From sequence record NC_054921.1: a stretch of DNA of 64,000 nucleotides; one strand, written 5' to 3'. Positions 22,191-31,252 of the stretch are shown here, piece after piece. The translations under genes and the position numbers were made by a program. The notes below the pieces were generated by a model, which was given only the letters and a program-made list of their open reading frames with translations, was not told the origin of the DNA and made no database searches. How positions within the stretch are numbered: the stretch's first letter is position 1; every line of letters starts with the position of its first letter. The DNA comes from Escherichia phage vB_EcoM_IME537.

Positions 22191-23168
22191 ATTGTTTTCC
22201 TCTTTAATCATCAGCAGTATTGCCGATAGTTGTATAGTACCATAGTCCTTGTTGTATGTAAACCGTTTTGTGAAAAAAAAAAATGGGTCCGTGTCATCAG
22301 CACTAGATGAACTGCCAGAGCTTGAGCTCATAAAATCATCTTCAGTTTTTGTTTTGAAGTCATCAACATTAAATGCATCCAAATCATCAGCAACTTTATC
22401 AGCTTTCTTAGCGGCAGTTGCTGCGGCACCGCCCATAGCAGCAGTTCCCATAACTTGACTGAACTTAGTGCTCAGTTCTTCAAACGATTTGAATTTATCT
22501 TTAGAAGTCATTTCAGAAAGGTCAACCATTTGTTCGAACAGTTCTTTCTGGAAAGATTCATCATCAATGTTTGGAATCGCAGATTGATTCAGGAATTTAG
22601 ATTCGTCGTAGTTACTAAAACCAGAAACTTGTTTAACTTTCAGTACAAAGTTAGCACCTTCCCACGGACAAGTTACATCAACCGGAGTTTCACCCATTTC
22701 AACATCAACTGCAATCATTGCATTGATTTTATCCCAGATTTTCTTACCGAAACGGTATTTAAATACTTTACCTTCATTTTCTGGAGCAGCTGGGTCTTTT
22801 ACAACAAGAATGTTAGCCCAGTAAGAAGTTTTACGTTTAACAAGACCGTACTCTTTATTGTCAGTGTTATACAAATCATTTTTACTGATGTACTGACATA
22901 CTGGGCAAGAATCGTAATCACCGTGGGTAGATGAACAGTTTTCAATATACCATTTACCATTTTTCTTGAAACCGTGATTTACAAGAATTGCGAATGGTGC
23001 TTGTTCATCATTTTTAGACGGAAGAAAACGAATTACTGCTTGACCGTTACCCGCATTGTCGAGTTTCAGTTTCCACTCGCCTTTATCTTCAGAAGAAAAA
23101 CCACCTTTATTTCCAGCCAGTTTAGCCATTTGCGCAGCGAGTTCAGCAGTAGATTTACGTTTAAACAT
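21960..23168 (-). CDS. 32: ssDNA-binding protein gp32; frame stays open past the expected C-terminus to 21960
   Basis: residues 1..about 293 match T4 gp32 as recalled (to ...SSSSADDTD); then PFFFF from an 11-nt homopolymer at 22273..22283 and no stop. Confidence 0.85.
   Translation of the reverse strand: MFKRKSTAELAAQMAKLAGNKGGFSSEDKGEWKLKLDNAGNGQAVIRFLPSKNDEQAPFAILVNHGFKKNGKWYIENCSSTHGDYDSCPVCQYISKNDLYNTDNKEYGLVKRKTSYWANILVVKDPAAPENEGKVFKYRFGKKIWDKINAMIAVDVEMGETPVDVTCPWEGANFVLKVKQVSGFSNYDESKFLNQSAIPNIDDESFQKELFEQMVDLSEMTSKDKFKSFEELSTKFSQVMGTAAMGGAAATAAKKADKVADDLDAFNVDDFKTKTEDDFMSSSSGSSSSADDTDPFFFFTKRFTYNKDYGTIQLSAILLMIKEENNMAKVDIDIVDFEYIEEIIRNRYPELSITSIHDDPNYCNFSIVIEGPLEVLERFMANEYCDGMDAEDAEFYMGLIEQ
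22225..22262 (-). promoter_or_regulatory. T4-type early promoter lying inside the gene 32 readthrough
   Basis: minus strand GTTTACATACAACAAGGACTATGGTACTATACAACT. Confidence 0.5.
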
Positions 23169-23267
23169 TTTTATTTCCTTTTTAATTTAATTAACAGTTG
23201 GTGCTATGACGATGTATGACCTCATAGCTGGTCAGTGAGATAATTATAATCTATTTATAATAAGCAA
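23169..23267 (-). promoter_or_regulatory. gene 32 leader: AU-rich translational operator with pseudoknot region, plus late promoter TATAAATA (23252..23259)
   Basis: minus strand UUAAAUUAAAAAGGAAAUAAAA before AUG; TATAAATAG box. Confidence 0.6.
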
Positions 23268-23921
23268 TTAGTACTTGCAAGATTTCACAGTTTCAATAAA
23301 AACACTTTTAGCTTTCTGTGAATCAATATTTAAAATTTTTCTATAAGCCTTTAACTTTATAGAATAATTATTCCAGACTAAATTATCAGTCTGTTCATCA
23401 TGTTTATCGATTATATTTAAAAACGAATCAAGCAAGATAAACGTCTCAAACGAAATTATATTCGATTGAAGTAGTTTAAAAATATAACTTGATTGAACTT
23501 TTGGATTATATTCAAAAATTTCTTTAAAAGCAGAAACTTCAACTTTTTTACTAAAATAATAAATGTTGCGAATATCTTCTTCAAACTTAAATTTAATTTG
23601 CTTTAAGCGTCCGATATATTCACGATAAAACACAAGTGCATCAGCGTCAGAGATGTCACCAATCCAAGCATCTTGGTTAGCAACAAGATTGCTTATAAAG
23701 ATTAAAGCAAGTTCCTTTAATTTATATTTTTCTGATAACTTCTGGAAAAAATACTTATCCCTTCGCTTTTGATAAGCGGCATCAGACACCCGCATGCACC
23801 AATTATACTTAATTACATCATACTTTCCATTCATATGTTGTTTTATCATTAAGTATAATTTATAAACTGATTTACCATCAATGTATCTTTCACCACCAGC
23901 AGGCATGCGGAGTTTAATCAT
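23268..23921 (-). CDS. 59: helicase loader gp59
   Basis: 217 aa; size and position as T4. Confidence 0.9.
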   Translation of the reverse strand: MIKLRMPAGGERYIDGKSVYKLYLMIKQHMNGKYDVIKYNWCMRVSDAAYQKRRDKYFFQKLSEKYKLKELALIFISNLVANQDAWIGDISDADALVFYREYIGRLKQIKFKFEEDIRNIYYFSKKVEVSAFKEIFEYNPKVQSSYIFKLLQSNIISFETFILLDSFLNIIDKHDEQTDNLVWNNYSIKLKAYRKILNIDSQKAKSVFIETVKSCKY

Positions 23922-24256
23922 AATAGAAAATCTAATGTATTAGTTTTTTCACAACGAACAACAGAAGGACGTAAAAGATTTTCGTCAATAGCTTCTGACT
24001 GAATTTTTTCAATTATACCCGAAGGAATAAATTTAGCAAATTGAGTTTCAGGAATAGAATTTTCTTCTAAGAATGCTGTTGTAGCTTCAAGATAACTCAT
24101 TCCAAACTCTTCTACCATTTTTTCAATAATAAATCCATTTTCTTGGCGGTCAAGAAGCTTTGCTATTTCATCCTTTTCTTTCTTAATTGAAAGTTCTTTT
24201 TCTGAAAGACCGGTCTCATCGACCGGACGAATATCATTTAGAGAAAACTGTGTCAT
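23918..24256 (-). CDS. 33: late transcription co-activator gp33
   Basis: 112 aa from MTQFSLNDIRP. Confidence 0.9.
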   Translation of the reverse strand: MTQFSLNDIRPVDETGLSEKELSIKKEKDEIAKLLDRQENGFIIEKMVEEFGMSYLEATTAFLEENSIPETQFAKFIPSGIIEKIQSEAIDENLLRPSVVRCEKTNTLDFLL

Positions 24257-24503
24257 AAAGTTCAACTACCTCTTCGGTTTCAGCTTCAAACACATCACGG
24301 TTATCTTTATGATACAAAGCTAACAGACGATTAAACATCTTACCATCAACGCCAAGTTCATCTTTGGCACGAATTCGAATATCTTTAATCAATTCATTAT
24401 AACCAGAAATTTTCAGTTTATGATCAGATGCTTCTTTAATAAATTTAGCTAAGTCTTCGCCATGGATAGCTTCATCAAATTCAACCATTTCTTTTTTAGC
24501 CAT
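24234..24503 (-). CDS. dsbA: dsDNA-binding protein DsbA
   Basis: 89 aa; position as T4. Confidence 0.85.
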   Translation of the reverse strand: MAKKEMVEFDEAIHGEDLAKFIKEASDHKLKISGYNELIKDIRIRAKDELGVDGKMFNRLLALYHKDNRDVFEAETEEVVELYDTVFSK

Positions 24504-24511
24504 TATTCACC

Positions 24512-25429
24512 TCAAAATTCATTAATGCTATTAGTTAATTTAGAAAGACCCGCTTTTACAAAATATGAATAAATTTTGCCACGCGGTGGTAATTTATATG
24601 AATTATAGTAATTCACAATGTTTGAAGCAATATTATCAGGAATATAATCAAAATCAATTAGAACTAAATTTTCTTTATAACGATTGTATTCAGATTCAGT
24701 GAGAAGCACCTTAGCTTGCTCACGGTCATTAGCAATAGCTTCAACAATAGAGGTTTTCATTGAAGGAGTTCGTTCACCTTCAACTCTGGTAAACCAAAAG
24801 TCAGATCGTACTTTAACTGAAGCGACGTTATCCTTTTTATCACCCTTAAGAATTTTAGTCATGCAATCAATTTCAGCAGAACCGCTTTTAATTTTAACCC
24901 ATTTCTTGTGCATCGGTGACCATTGCTTAACATTTGGATATTTGTGAAGCTGTGTAAAGTCACCATCCGATGAAATGATTAAAATCTTGTGTCCTTCTAA
25001 AGAGAACTTTTTAACAAGAACAGCAATGTGGTCATCTGCTTCATACTTATCAATATCCATAACAATGTATGGCATATAAGCTTTTAATTCATCTATAACT
25101 TTATGGCTGGATTCAAAATAACCTTCCCAGTCCCAAGTAGATTCTTCTCGTGCCTTTCCGCGGTTTTTCTTATAATAATAAGCGAAATCACGACGCCAGT
25201 ATCCAGATTTCGCGTTATCAATACACAGTACAATTTTAGTGTATCCAAGCGTTTTTGCTTTTTTGACATTAAACTTAATTGAGTTCAATATCAAATGACG
25301 AACCATTGATAAATTAATTTTTTCTTTATCTGGGAAGTTTACTAGAGCAGTTGAAAGCGCAATTTGACTAAAGTCAATTAAGCAAATTCCTTCTTTGTAA
25401 TCTTCATCCAGCATCATTTCTAAATCCAT
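24512..25429 (-). CDS. rnh: RNase H (5'-3' exonuclease)
   Basis: 305 aa from MDLEMMLDEDYKEG. Confidence 0.93.
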   Translation of the reverse strand: MDLEMMLDEDYKEGICLIDFSQIALSTALVNFPDKEKINLSMVRHLILNSIKFNVKKAKTLGYTKIVLCIDNAKSGYWRRDFAYYYKKNRGKAREESTWDWEGYFESSHKVIDELKAYMPYIVMDIDKYEADDHIAVLVKKFSLEGHKILIISSDGDFTQLHKYPNVKQWSPMHKKWVKIKSGSAEIDCMTKILKGDKKDNVASVKVRSDFWFTRVEGERTPSMKTSIVEAIANDREQAKVLLTESEYNRYKENLVLIDFDYIPDNIASNIVNYYNSYKLPPRGKIYSYFVKAGLSKLTNSINEF

Positions 25430-25489
25430 ATGAACCTCGTTCAATTAGTGAGATTTCTATTATACCATCCAAATCTTAAAGTAAACAAG

Positions 25490-25497
25490 TATAAATA
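25490..25497 (+). promoter_or_regulatory. T4 late promoter TATAAATA for gene 34
   Basis: exact TATAAATA 35 nt upstream of the gene 34 ATG. Confidence 0.6.
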
Positions 25498-25531
25498 CTT
25501 ATTATTGAAAACACAATAGGAGCCCGGGAGA

Positions 25532-28500
25532 ATGGCCGAGATTAAAAGAAAGTTCAGAGCAGAAGATGGTCTGGACGCAGGTGGCGATAAAATAATCAAC
25601 GTAGCTTTAGCTGATCGTACCGTAGGAACTGACGGTGTTAACGTTGATTACTTAATTCAAGAAAACACAGTTCAACAATATGATCCAACTCGTGGATATT
25701 TAAAAGATTTTGTAATCATTTATGATAACCGCTTTTGGGCTGCTATAAATGATATTCCAAAACCAGCAGGAGCTTTTAATAGTGTACGCTGGAGAGCGTT
25801 ACGTACCGATGCTAATTGGACAACTGTTTCATCAGGACCTTATCAATTAAAATCAGGCGAATCAATTTCAGTTGATACTGCAGCTGGTAATGACATTACA
25901 TTTACTTTGCCATCTTCTCCAATTGATGGAGATACTATCGTTCTTCAAGATATTGGTGGAAAACCTGGTGTTAACCAAGTTTTAATTGTAGCTCCAGTGC
26001 AAAGCATTGTAAACTTCAGAGGCGAACAAGTACGTTCAGTACTAATGACTCATCCAAAATCGCAGATAGTTTTAATTTTTAGTAATCGTCTGTGGCAAAT
26101 GTATGTTGCTGATTATAGCAGAGAAGCTGTAGTCGTAACACCGGCAAGTCTTTATCAGGCGCAATCTAACGATTTTATCGTACGTAGATTTACTTCTGCT
26201 GCACCAATTAATGTTAAACTTCCAAGATTTGCTAATCATGGCGATATTATTAATTTCGTCGATTTAGATAAACTAAATCCGCTTTATCATACAATTGTTA
26301 CTACATACGATGAAACGACTTCAATACAAGAAGTTGGAACTCATTCCATTGAAGGCCGTACAACGATTGACGGTTTCTTGATGTTTGATGATAATGAGAA
26401 ATTGTGGAGATTGTTTGACGGGGATAGTAAAGCACGTTTACGTATTATAACAACTAATTCTAGTATTCGTCCAAATGAAGAAGTTATGGTATTTGGTGCG
26501 AATAACGGAACAACTCAGACAATTGAACTTCAGCTTCCGACTGATATTTCTGTTGGTGATACTGTTAAAATTTCCATGAATTACATGAGAAAAGGACAAA
26601 CAGTTAAAATCAAAGCTGCCGGTGAAGATAAAATTGCTTCTTCAGTTCAATTGCTGCAATTCCCAAAACGCTCAGAATATCCGCCTGAAACTAAATGGGT
26701 TACAGTTCAAGAATTAGTTTTTAATGGTGAAACTAATTATGTTCCAGTTTTAGAGCTTGCTTATATAGAAGATTCTGATGGAAAATACTGGGTTGTACAA
26801 CAAAACGTGCCAACTGTAGAAAGAGTTGATTCTTTAAATGATTCTACTAGAGCAAGATTAGGCGTAATTGCTTTAGCTACACAAGCTCAAGCTAATGCTG
26901 ATTTAGAAAATTCTCCACAAAAAGAATTAGCAATTACACCAGAAACATTAGCTAACCGTACTGCTACAGAAACTCGTAGAGGTATCGCAAGAATAGCAAC
27001 TACTGCCCAAGTGAACCAGGACACTACATTCTCTTTTGCTGATGATATTATCATCACTCCTAAAAAGCTGAATGAAAGAACTGCTACAGAAACTCGTAGA
27101 GGTGTTGCTGAAATTGCTACGCAGCAAGAAACTAACGCAGGTACTGATGATACTACAATCATCACTCCTAAAAAGCTTCAAGCTCGTCAAGGTTCTGAAT
27201 CATTATCTGGTATTGTAACCTTTGTATCTACTGCAGGTGCTACTCCAGCTTCTAGCCGTGAATTAAATGGTACGAATGTTTATAATAAAAACACTGATAA
27301 TTTAGTTGTTTCGCCTAAAGCTTTAGATCAGTATAAAGCTACTCCAACACAGCAAGGTGCAGTAATTTTAGCAGTTGAAAGTGAAGTAATTGCTGGACAA
27401 AGCCAAGAAGGATGGGCAAATGCGGTTGTAACGCCAGAAACGTTACATAAAAAGACATCAACTGATGCAAGAATTGGTTTAATTGAAATTGCTACGCAAA
27501 GTGAAGTTAATACAGGAACTGATTATACTCGTGCAGTCACTCCGAAAACTTTAAATGACCGTATAGCAACTGAAAGTTTAAGTGGTATAGCTGAAATTGC
27601 TACGCAAGTTGAATTCGACGCAGGCGTCGACGATACTCGTATCTCTACACCATTAAAAATTAAAACTAGATTTAACAGTACTGATCGTACTTCTGTTGTT
27701 GCTCTATCTGGATTAGTTGAATCAGGAACTCTCTGGGACCATTATACCCTTAATATTCTTGAAGCAAATGAGACACAACGTGGTACACTTCGTGTAGCTA
27801 CACAAGTTGAAGCTGCTGCAGGAACATTGGATAATGTTTTAATAACTCCTAAAAAGCTTTTAGGTACTAAATCTACCGAATCGCAGGAAGGTGTTATTAA
27901 AGTTGCAACTCAGTCTGAAACTGTAGCTGGAACGTCAGCAAATACTGCTGTATCTCCAAAAAATTTAAAATGGATTGTGCAGAGTGAACCTACTTGGGCA
28001 GCTACTACCCTGGTAAGAGGTTTTGTTAAAACTTCATCTGGTTCAATTACATTCGTTGGTAATGATACGGTAGGTTCAACACAGCCATTAGAATCATACG
28101 AGAAAAATAGCTATGCAGTATCGCCATATGAATTAAACCGTGTATTAGCAAATTATTTGCCGTTAAAAGCAAAAGCTGTAGATAGTAATTTACTGGATGG
28201 TCTAGATTCATCTCAGTTCATTCGTAGGGATATTGCACAAACGGTTAATGGTTCACTAACCTTAACCCAACAAACGAATCTGAGTGCCCCTCTTGTATCA
28301 TCTAGTACTGCTACGTTTGGTGGATCAGTTTCGGCAAATAGTACACTAACCATTTCTAATACAGGAGCCCCGACCAGTATCGTTTTCGAAAAAGGTCCTG
28401 CATCTGGGGCAAATCCTGCACAGTCAATGAGTATTCGTGTATGGGGTAACCAATTTGGCGGCGGTAGTGATACGACTCGTTCGACAGTGTTTGAAGTTGG

Positions 28501-29401
28501 CGATGAAACATCTCATCACTTTTATTCTCAACGTAATAAAGACGGTACTATAGCGTTTATCATTAATGGTACTGTAATGCCAATAAATGTTAATGCTTTA
28601 GGTTCTTTGAATGCGAATGGCGTTGCAACATTCGGTAGTTCAGTTACTGCTAATGGCGAATTTATCAGTAAATCATCGAATGCTTTCAGAGCAATAAATG
28701 GTGATTACGGGTTCTTTATTCGTAATGATGCTGCTAACACTTATTTTATGCTTACTGCATCTGGTGATCAGACTGGTGGATTTAATGGATTACGTCCATT
28801 ATCAATTAATAATCAATCTGGTCAGGTTACAATTGGTGAAAGCTTAATCATTGCCAAAGGTGCTACTATAAATTCAGGTGGTTTGACTGTTAACTCGAGA
28901 ATTCGTTCTCAAGGTACTAAAACTGCTGACCTATACACCCGTGCACCGACATCTGATACTGTAGGATTCTGGTCAATCGATATTAATGATTCAGCCACTT
29001 ATAACCAGTTCCCGGGTTATTTTAAAATGGTTGAAAAAACTAATGAAGTGACTGGGCTTCCATACTTAGAACGCGGTGAAGAGGTTAAATCTCCTGGTAC
29101 GCTGACTCAGTTTGGTAACACACTCGATTCGCTTTACCAAGATTGGATTACTTATCCAACGACCCCAGAAGCGCGCACCACTCGTTGGACGCGTACATGG
29201 CAGAAAACCAAAAACTCTTGGTCAAGTTTTGTTCAGGTATTTGATGGGGGTAACCCTCCTCAGCCATCTGATATTGGTGCTTTACCATCTGATAATGCTA
29301 TAATGGGGAATCTTACTATTCGTGATTTCTTACGAATTGGTAATGTTCGCATTATTCCTGACCCAGTGAATAAAACGGTTAAATTTGAATGGGTTGAATA
29401 A
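25532..29401 (+). CDS. 34: long tail fibre proximal subunit gp34
   Basis: 1289 aa; size and position as T4. Confidence 0.95.
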   Translation: MAEIKRKFRAEDGLDAGGDKIINVALADRTVGTDGVNVDYLIQENTVQQYDPTRGYLKDFVIIYDNRFWAAINDIPKPAGAFNSVRWRALRTDANWTTVSSGPYQLKSGESISVDTAAGNDITFTLPSSPIDGDTIVLQDIGGKPGVNQVLIVAPVQSIVNFRGEQVRSVLMTHPKSQIVLIFSNRLWQMYVADYSREAVVVTPASLYQAQSNDFIVRRFTSAAPINVKLPRFANHGDIINFVDLDKLNPLYHTIVTTYDETTSIQEVGTHSIEGRTTIDGFLMFDDNEKLWRLFDGDSKARLRIITTNSSIRPNEEVMVFGANNGTTQTIELQLPTDISVGDTVKISMNYMRKGQTVKIKAAGEDKIASSVQLLQFPKRSEYPPETKWVTVQELVFNGETNYVPVLELAYIEDSDGKYWVVQQNVPTVERVDSLNDSTRARLGVIALATQAQANADLENSPQKELAITPETLANRTATETRRGIARIATTAQVNQDTTFSFADDIIITPKKLNERTATETRRGVAEIATQQETNAGTDDTTIITPKKLQARQGSESLSGIVTFVSTAGATPASSRELNGTNVYNKNTDNLVVSPKALDQYKATPTQQGAVILAVESEVIAGQSQEGWANAVVTPETLHKKTSTDARIGLIEIATQSEVNTGTDYTRAVTPKTLNDRIATESLSGIAEIATQVEFDAGVDDTRISTPLKIKTRFNSTDRTSVVALSGLVESGTLWDHYTLNILEANETQRGTLRVATQVEAAAGTLDNVLITPKKLLGTKSTESQEGVIKVATQSETVAGTSANTAVSPKNLKWIVQSEPTWAATTLVRGFVKTSSGSITFVGNDTVGSTQPLESYEKNSYAVSPYELNRVLANYLPLKAKAVDSNLLDGLDSSQFIRRDIAQTVNGSLTLTQQTNLSAPLVSSSTATFGGSVSANSTLTISNTGAPTSIVFEKGPASGANPAQSMSIRVWGNQFGGGSDTTRSTVFEVGDETSHHFYSQRNKDGTIAFIINGTVMPINVNALGSLNANGVATFGSSVTANGEFISKSSNAFRAINGDYGFFIRNDAANTYFMLTASGDQTGGFNGLRPLSINNQSGQVTIGESLIIAKGATINSGGLTVNSRIRSQGTKTADLYTRAPTSDTVGFWSIDINDSATYNQFPGYFKMVEKTNEVTGLPYLERGEEVKSPGTLTQFGNTLDSLYQDWITYPTTPEARTTRWTRTWQKTKNSWSSFVQVFDGGNPPQPSDIGALPSDNAIMGNLTIRDFLRIGNVRIIPDPVNKTVKFEWVE
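26890..27700 (+). repeat. tandem degenerate peptide repeats inside gp34
   Basis: about six copies of a roughly 35-aa unit ITPKKL..RTATETRRG.A.IAT...AG.D.T. Confidence 0.6.
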
Positions 29402-29409
29402 GAGGTATT

Positions 29410-30525
29410 ATGGAAAAATTTATGGCAGAGTTTGGACAAGGATATGTCCAAACGCCATTTTTATCGGAAAGCAATTCAGTAAGATACAAAATAAGTATAG
29501 CGGGTTCTTGCCCGCTTTCTACAGCAGGACCGTACGTTAAATTTCAGGATAATCCTGTCGGAAATCAAACATTTAATGCAGGTCTTCATTTAAGAGTTTT
29601 TGACCCTTCTACAGGAGCATTAGTTGATAGTAAGTCATATGCTTTTTCGACTTCAAATGATACTACATCAGCTGCTTTTGTTAGTTTCATGAATTCTTTT
29701 TCAAACAACAGACTTGTTGCTATATTAACTAGCGGAAAGGTTAATTTTCCTCCTGAGGTAGTATCTTGGCTAAGAACCGCAGGAACGTCTGCTTTTCCAT
29801 CTGACTCTATATTGTCAAGATTTGACGTATCATATGCTGCTTTTTACACTTCTTCTAAAAGAGCTATTGCATTAGAACATGTTAAATTAAGCAATAGAAA
29901 AAGCACAGATGACTATCAAACTATTTTAGATGTTGTATTTGATAGTTTAGAAGACGTTGGAGCTACAGGATTTCCTAAAAGAACATACGAAAGCGTTGAG
30001 CAATTTATGTCAGCGGTTGGTGGAACTAATAACGAAATTGCACGTTTACCAACTTCATCCGCGATAAGTAAACTCTCTGATTATAATTTAATTCCTGGCG
30101 ATGTTCTTTATCTTAAAGCACAGCTATATGCTGATGTCGATTTACTTGCGCTTGGAACTACAAATATATCTATCCGTTTTTATGATGAATCGAATGGATA
30201 TATTTCTTCAACACATGCTGAGTTTACTGGACAAGCTGGGTCATGGGAATTAAAGGAAGATTATGTAGTTATTCCAGAAAATGCAGTAGGATTTACGATA
30301 TATGCACAAAGAACTGCCCAAGCAGGTCAAGGTGGCATGAGAAATTTAAGCTTTTCTGAAGTATCAAGAAACGGCGGAATTTCAAAACCTGCTGAATTTG
30401 GCGTCAATGGTATTCGAGTTAATTATGTCTGTGAATCTGCTTCACCTCCGGATATAATGGTACTTCCTACACAAGCATCGTCTAAAACTGGTAAAGTGTT
30501 TGGGCAAGAATTTAGAGAAGTTTAA
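29410..30525 (+). CDS. 35: tail fibre hinge protein gp35
   Basis: 371 aa; position. Confidence 0.9.
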   Translation: MEKFMAEFGQGYVQTPFLSESNSVRYKISIAGSCPLSTAGPYVKFQDNPVGNQTFNAGLHLRVFDPSTGALVDSKSYAFSTSNDTTSAAFVSFMNSFSNNRLVAILTSGKVNFPPEVVSWLRTAGTSAFPSDSILSRFDVSYAAFYTSSKRAIALEHVKLSNRKSTDDYQTILDVVFDSLEDVGATGFPKRTYESVEQFMSAVGGTNNEIARLPTSSAISKLSDYNLIPGDVLYLKAQLYADVDLLALGTTNISIRFYDESNGYISSTHAEFTGQAGSWELKEDYVVIPENAVGFTIYAQRTAQAGQGGMRNLSFSEVSRNGGISKPAEFGVNGIRVNYVCESASPPDIMVLPTQASSKTGKVFGQEFREV

Positions 30526-30530
30526 ATTGA

Positions 30531-30553
30531 GGGAGCCTTCGGGTTCCCTTTTT
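30531..30553 (+). terminator. GGGAGCC-UUCG-GGUUCCC hairpin followed by U tract
   Basis: stem-loop then tttttc after gene 35. Confidence 0.6.
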
Positions 30554-30556
30554 CTT

Positions 30557-30564
30557 TATAAATA
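30557..30564 (+). promoter_or_regulatory. T4 late promoter TATAAATA for gene 36
   Basis: exact TATAAATA upstream of the gene 36 ATG. Confidence 0.6.
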
Positions 30565-30587
30565 CTATTAAAATAAAGGGGCATACA

Positions 30588-31244
30588 ATGGCTGATTTAA
30601 AAGTAGGTTCAACAACTGGAGGCTCTGTCATTTGGCATCAAGGAAATTTTCCATTGAATCCAGCCGGTGACGATGTACTCTATAAATCATTTAAAATATA
30701 TTCAGAATACAATAAACCACAAGCTACTGATAACGATTTCGTTTCTAAAGCTAATGGTGGTACGTATTTAAATAAAGTAATTTTTAATAAAGGAATGACT
30801 GTTCCTGGTGCAGGGTCAGGTGACAATGGTATTTTTGCTGGTCCTGGTGATAATGCCACGTATGATACTACAAATATGGATATTGTTTCTTGGTATGGTA
30901 TTGGTTTTAAATCATCACAAGGAACAGCAGGTAGAACTGTAGTAATTAACACGCGAAATGGAGATATTAGCTCAAAGGGTGTAATTGAAGCATCACAAAT
31001 ACGCGCAACTTCATTATCACCAGTAAATAATTATGACCTTACACGGAAAGATTATGTTGATGGAGCAATAAATATTGTTACAGCAAACGCAAACTCTAGG
31101 GTATTACGCTCTGGAGACACTATGACAGGAAATTTGACTGCGCCAAACCTTTTTTCACAGAATCCTGCATCTCAACCCTCGCATGTTCCGCGATTTGACC
31201 AAATTGTTATTAAGGATTCTGTTCAAGATTTCGGCTATTATTAA
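30588..31244 (+). CDS. 36: tail fibre protein gp36
   Basis: 218 aa; position. Confidence 0.9.
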   Translation: MADLKVGSTTGGSVIWHQGNFPLNPAGDDVLYKSFKIYSEYNKPQATDNDFVSKANGGTYLNKVIFNKGMTVPGAGSGDNGIFAGPGDNATYDTTNMDIVSWYGIGFKSSQGTAGRTVVINTRNGDISSKGVIEASQIRATSLSPVNNYDLTRKDYVDGAINIVTANANSRVLRSGDTMTGNLTAPNLFSQNPASQPSHVPRFDQIVIKDSVQDFGYY

Positions 31245-31252
31245 GAGGACTT

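Noticed and set aside
22455-22934. 159-aa plus-strand ORF (and similar plus-strand ORFs at 1297..1533, 6110..6511, 9418..9795, 11441..11869, 39423..39626, 53686..54055)
   Set aside because: Antisense to well-supported minus-strand genes, with low-complexity or hydrophobic translations and no SD; treated as spurious.
26887-27190. Minus-strand ORFs inside gene 34
   Set aside because: They lie antisense within the gp34 repeat region and are likely frame artefacts of the repeats.
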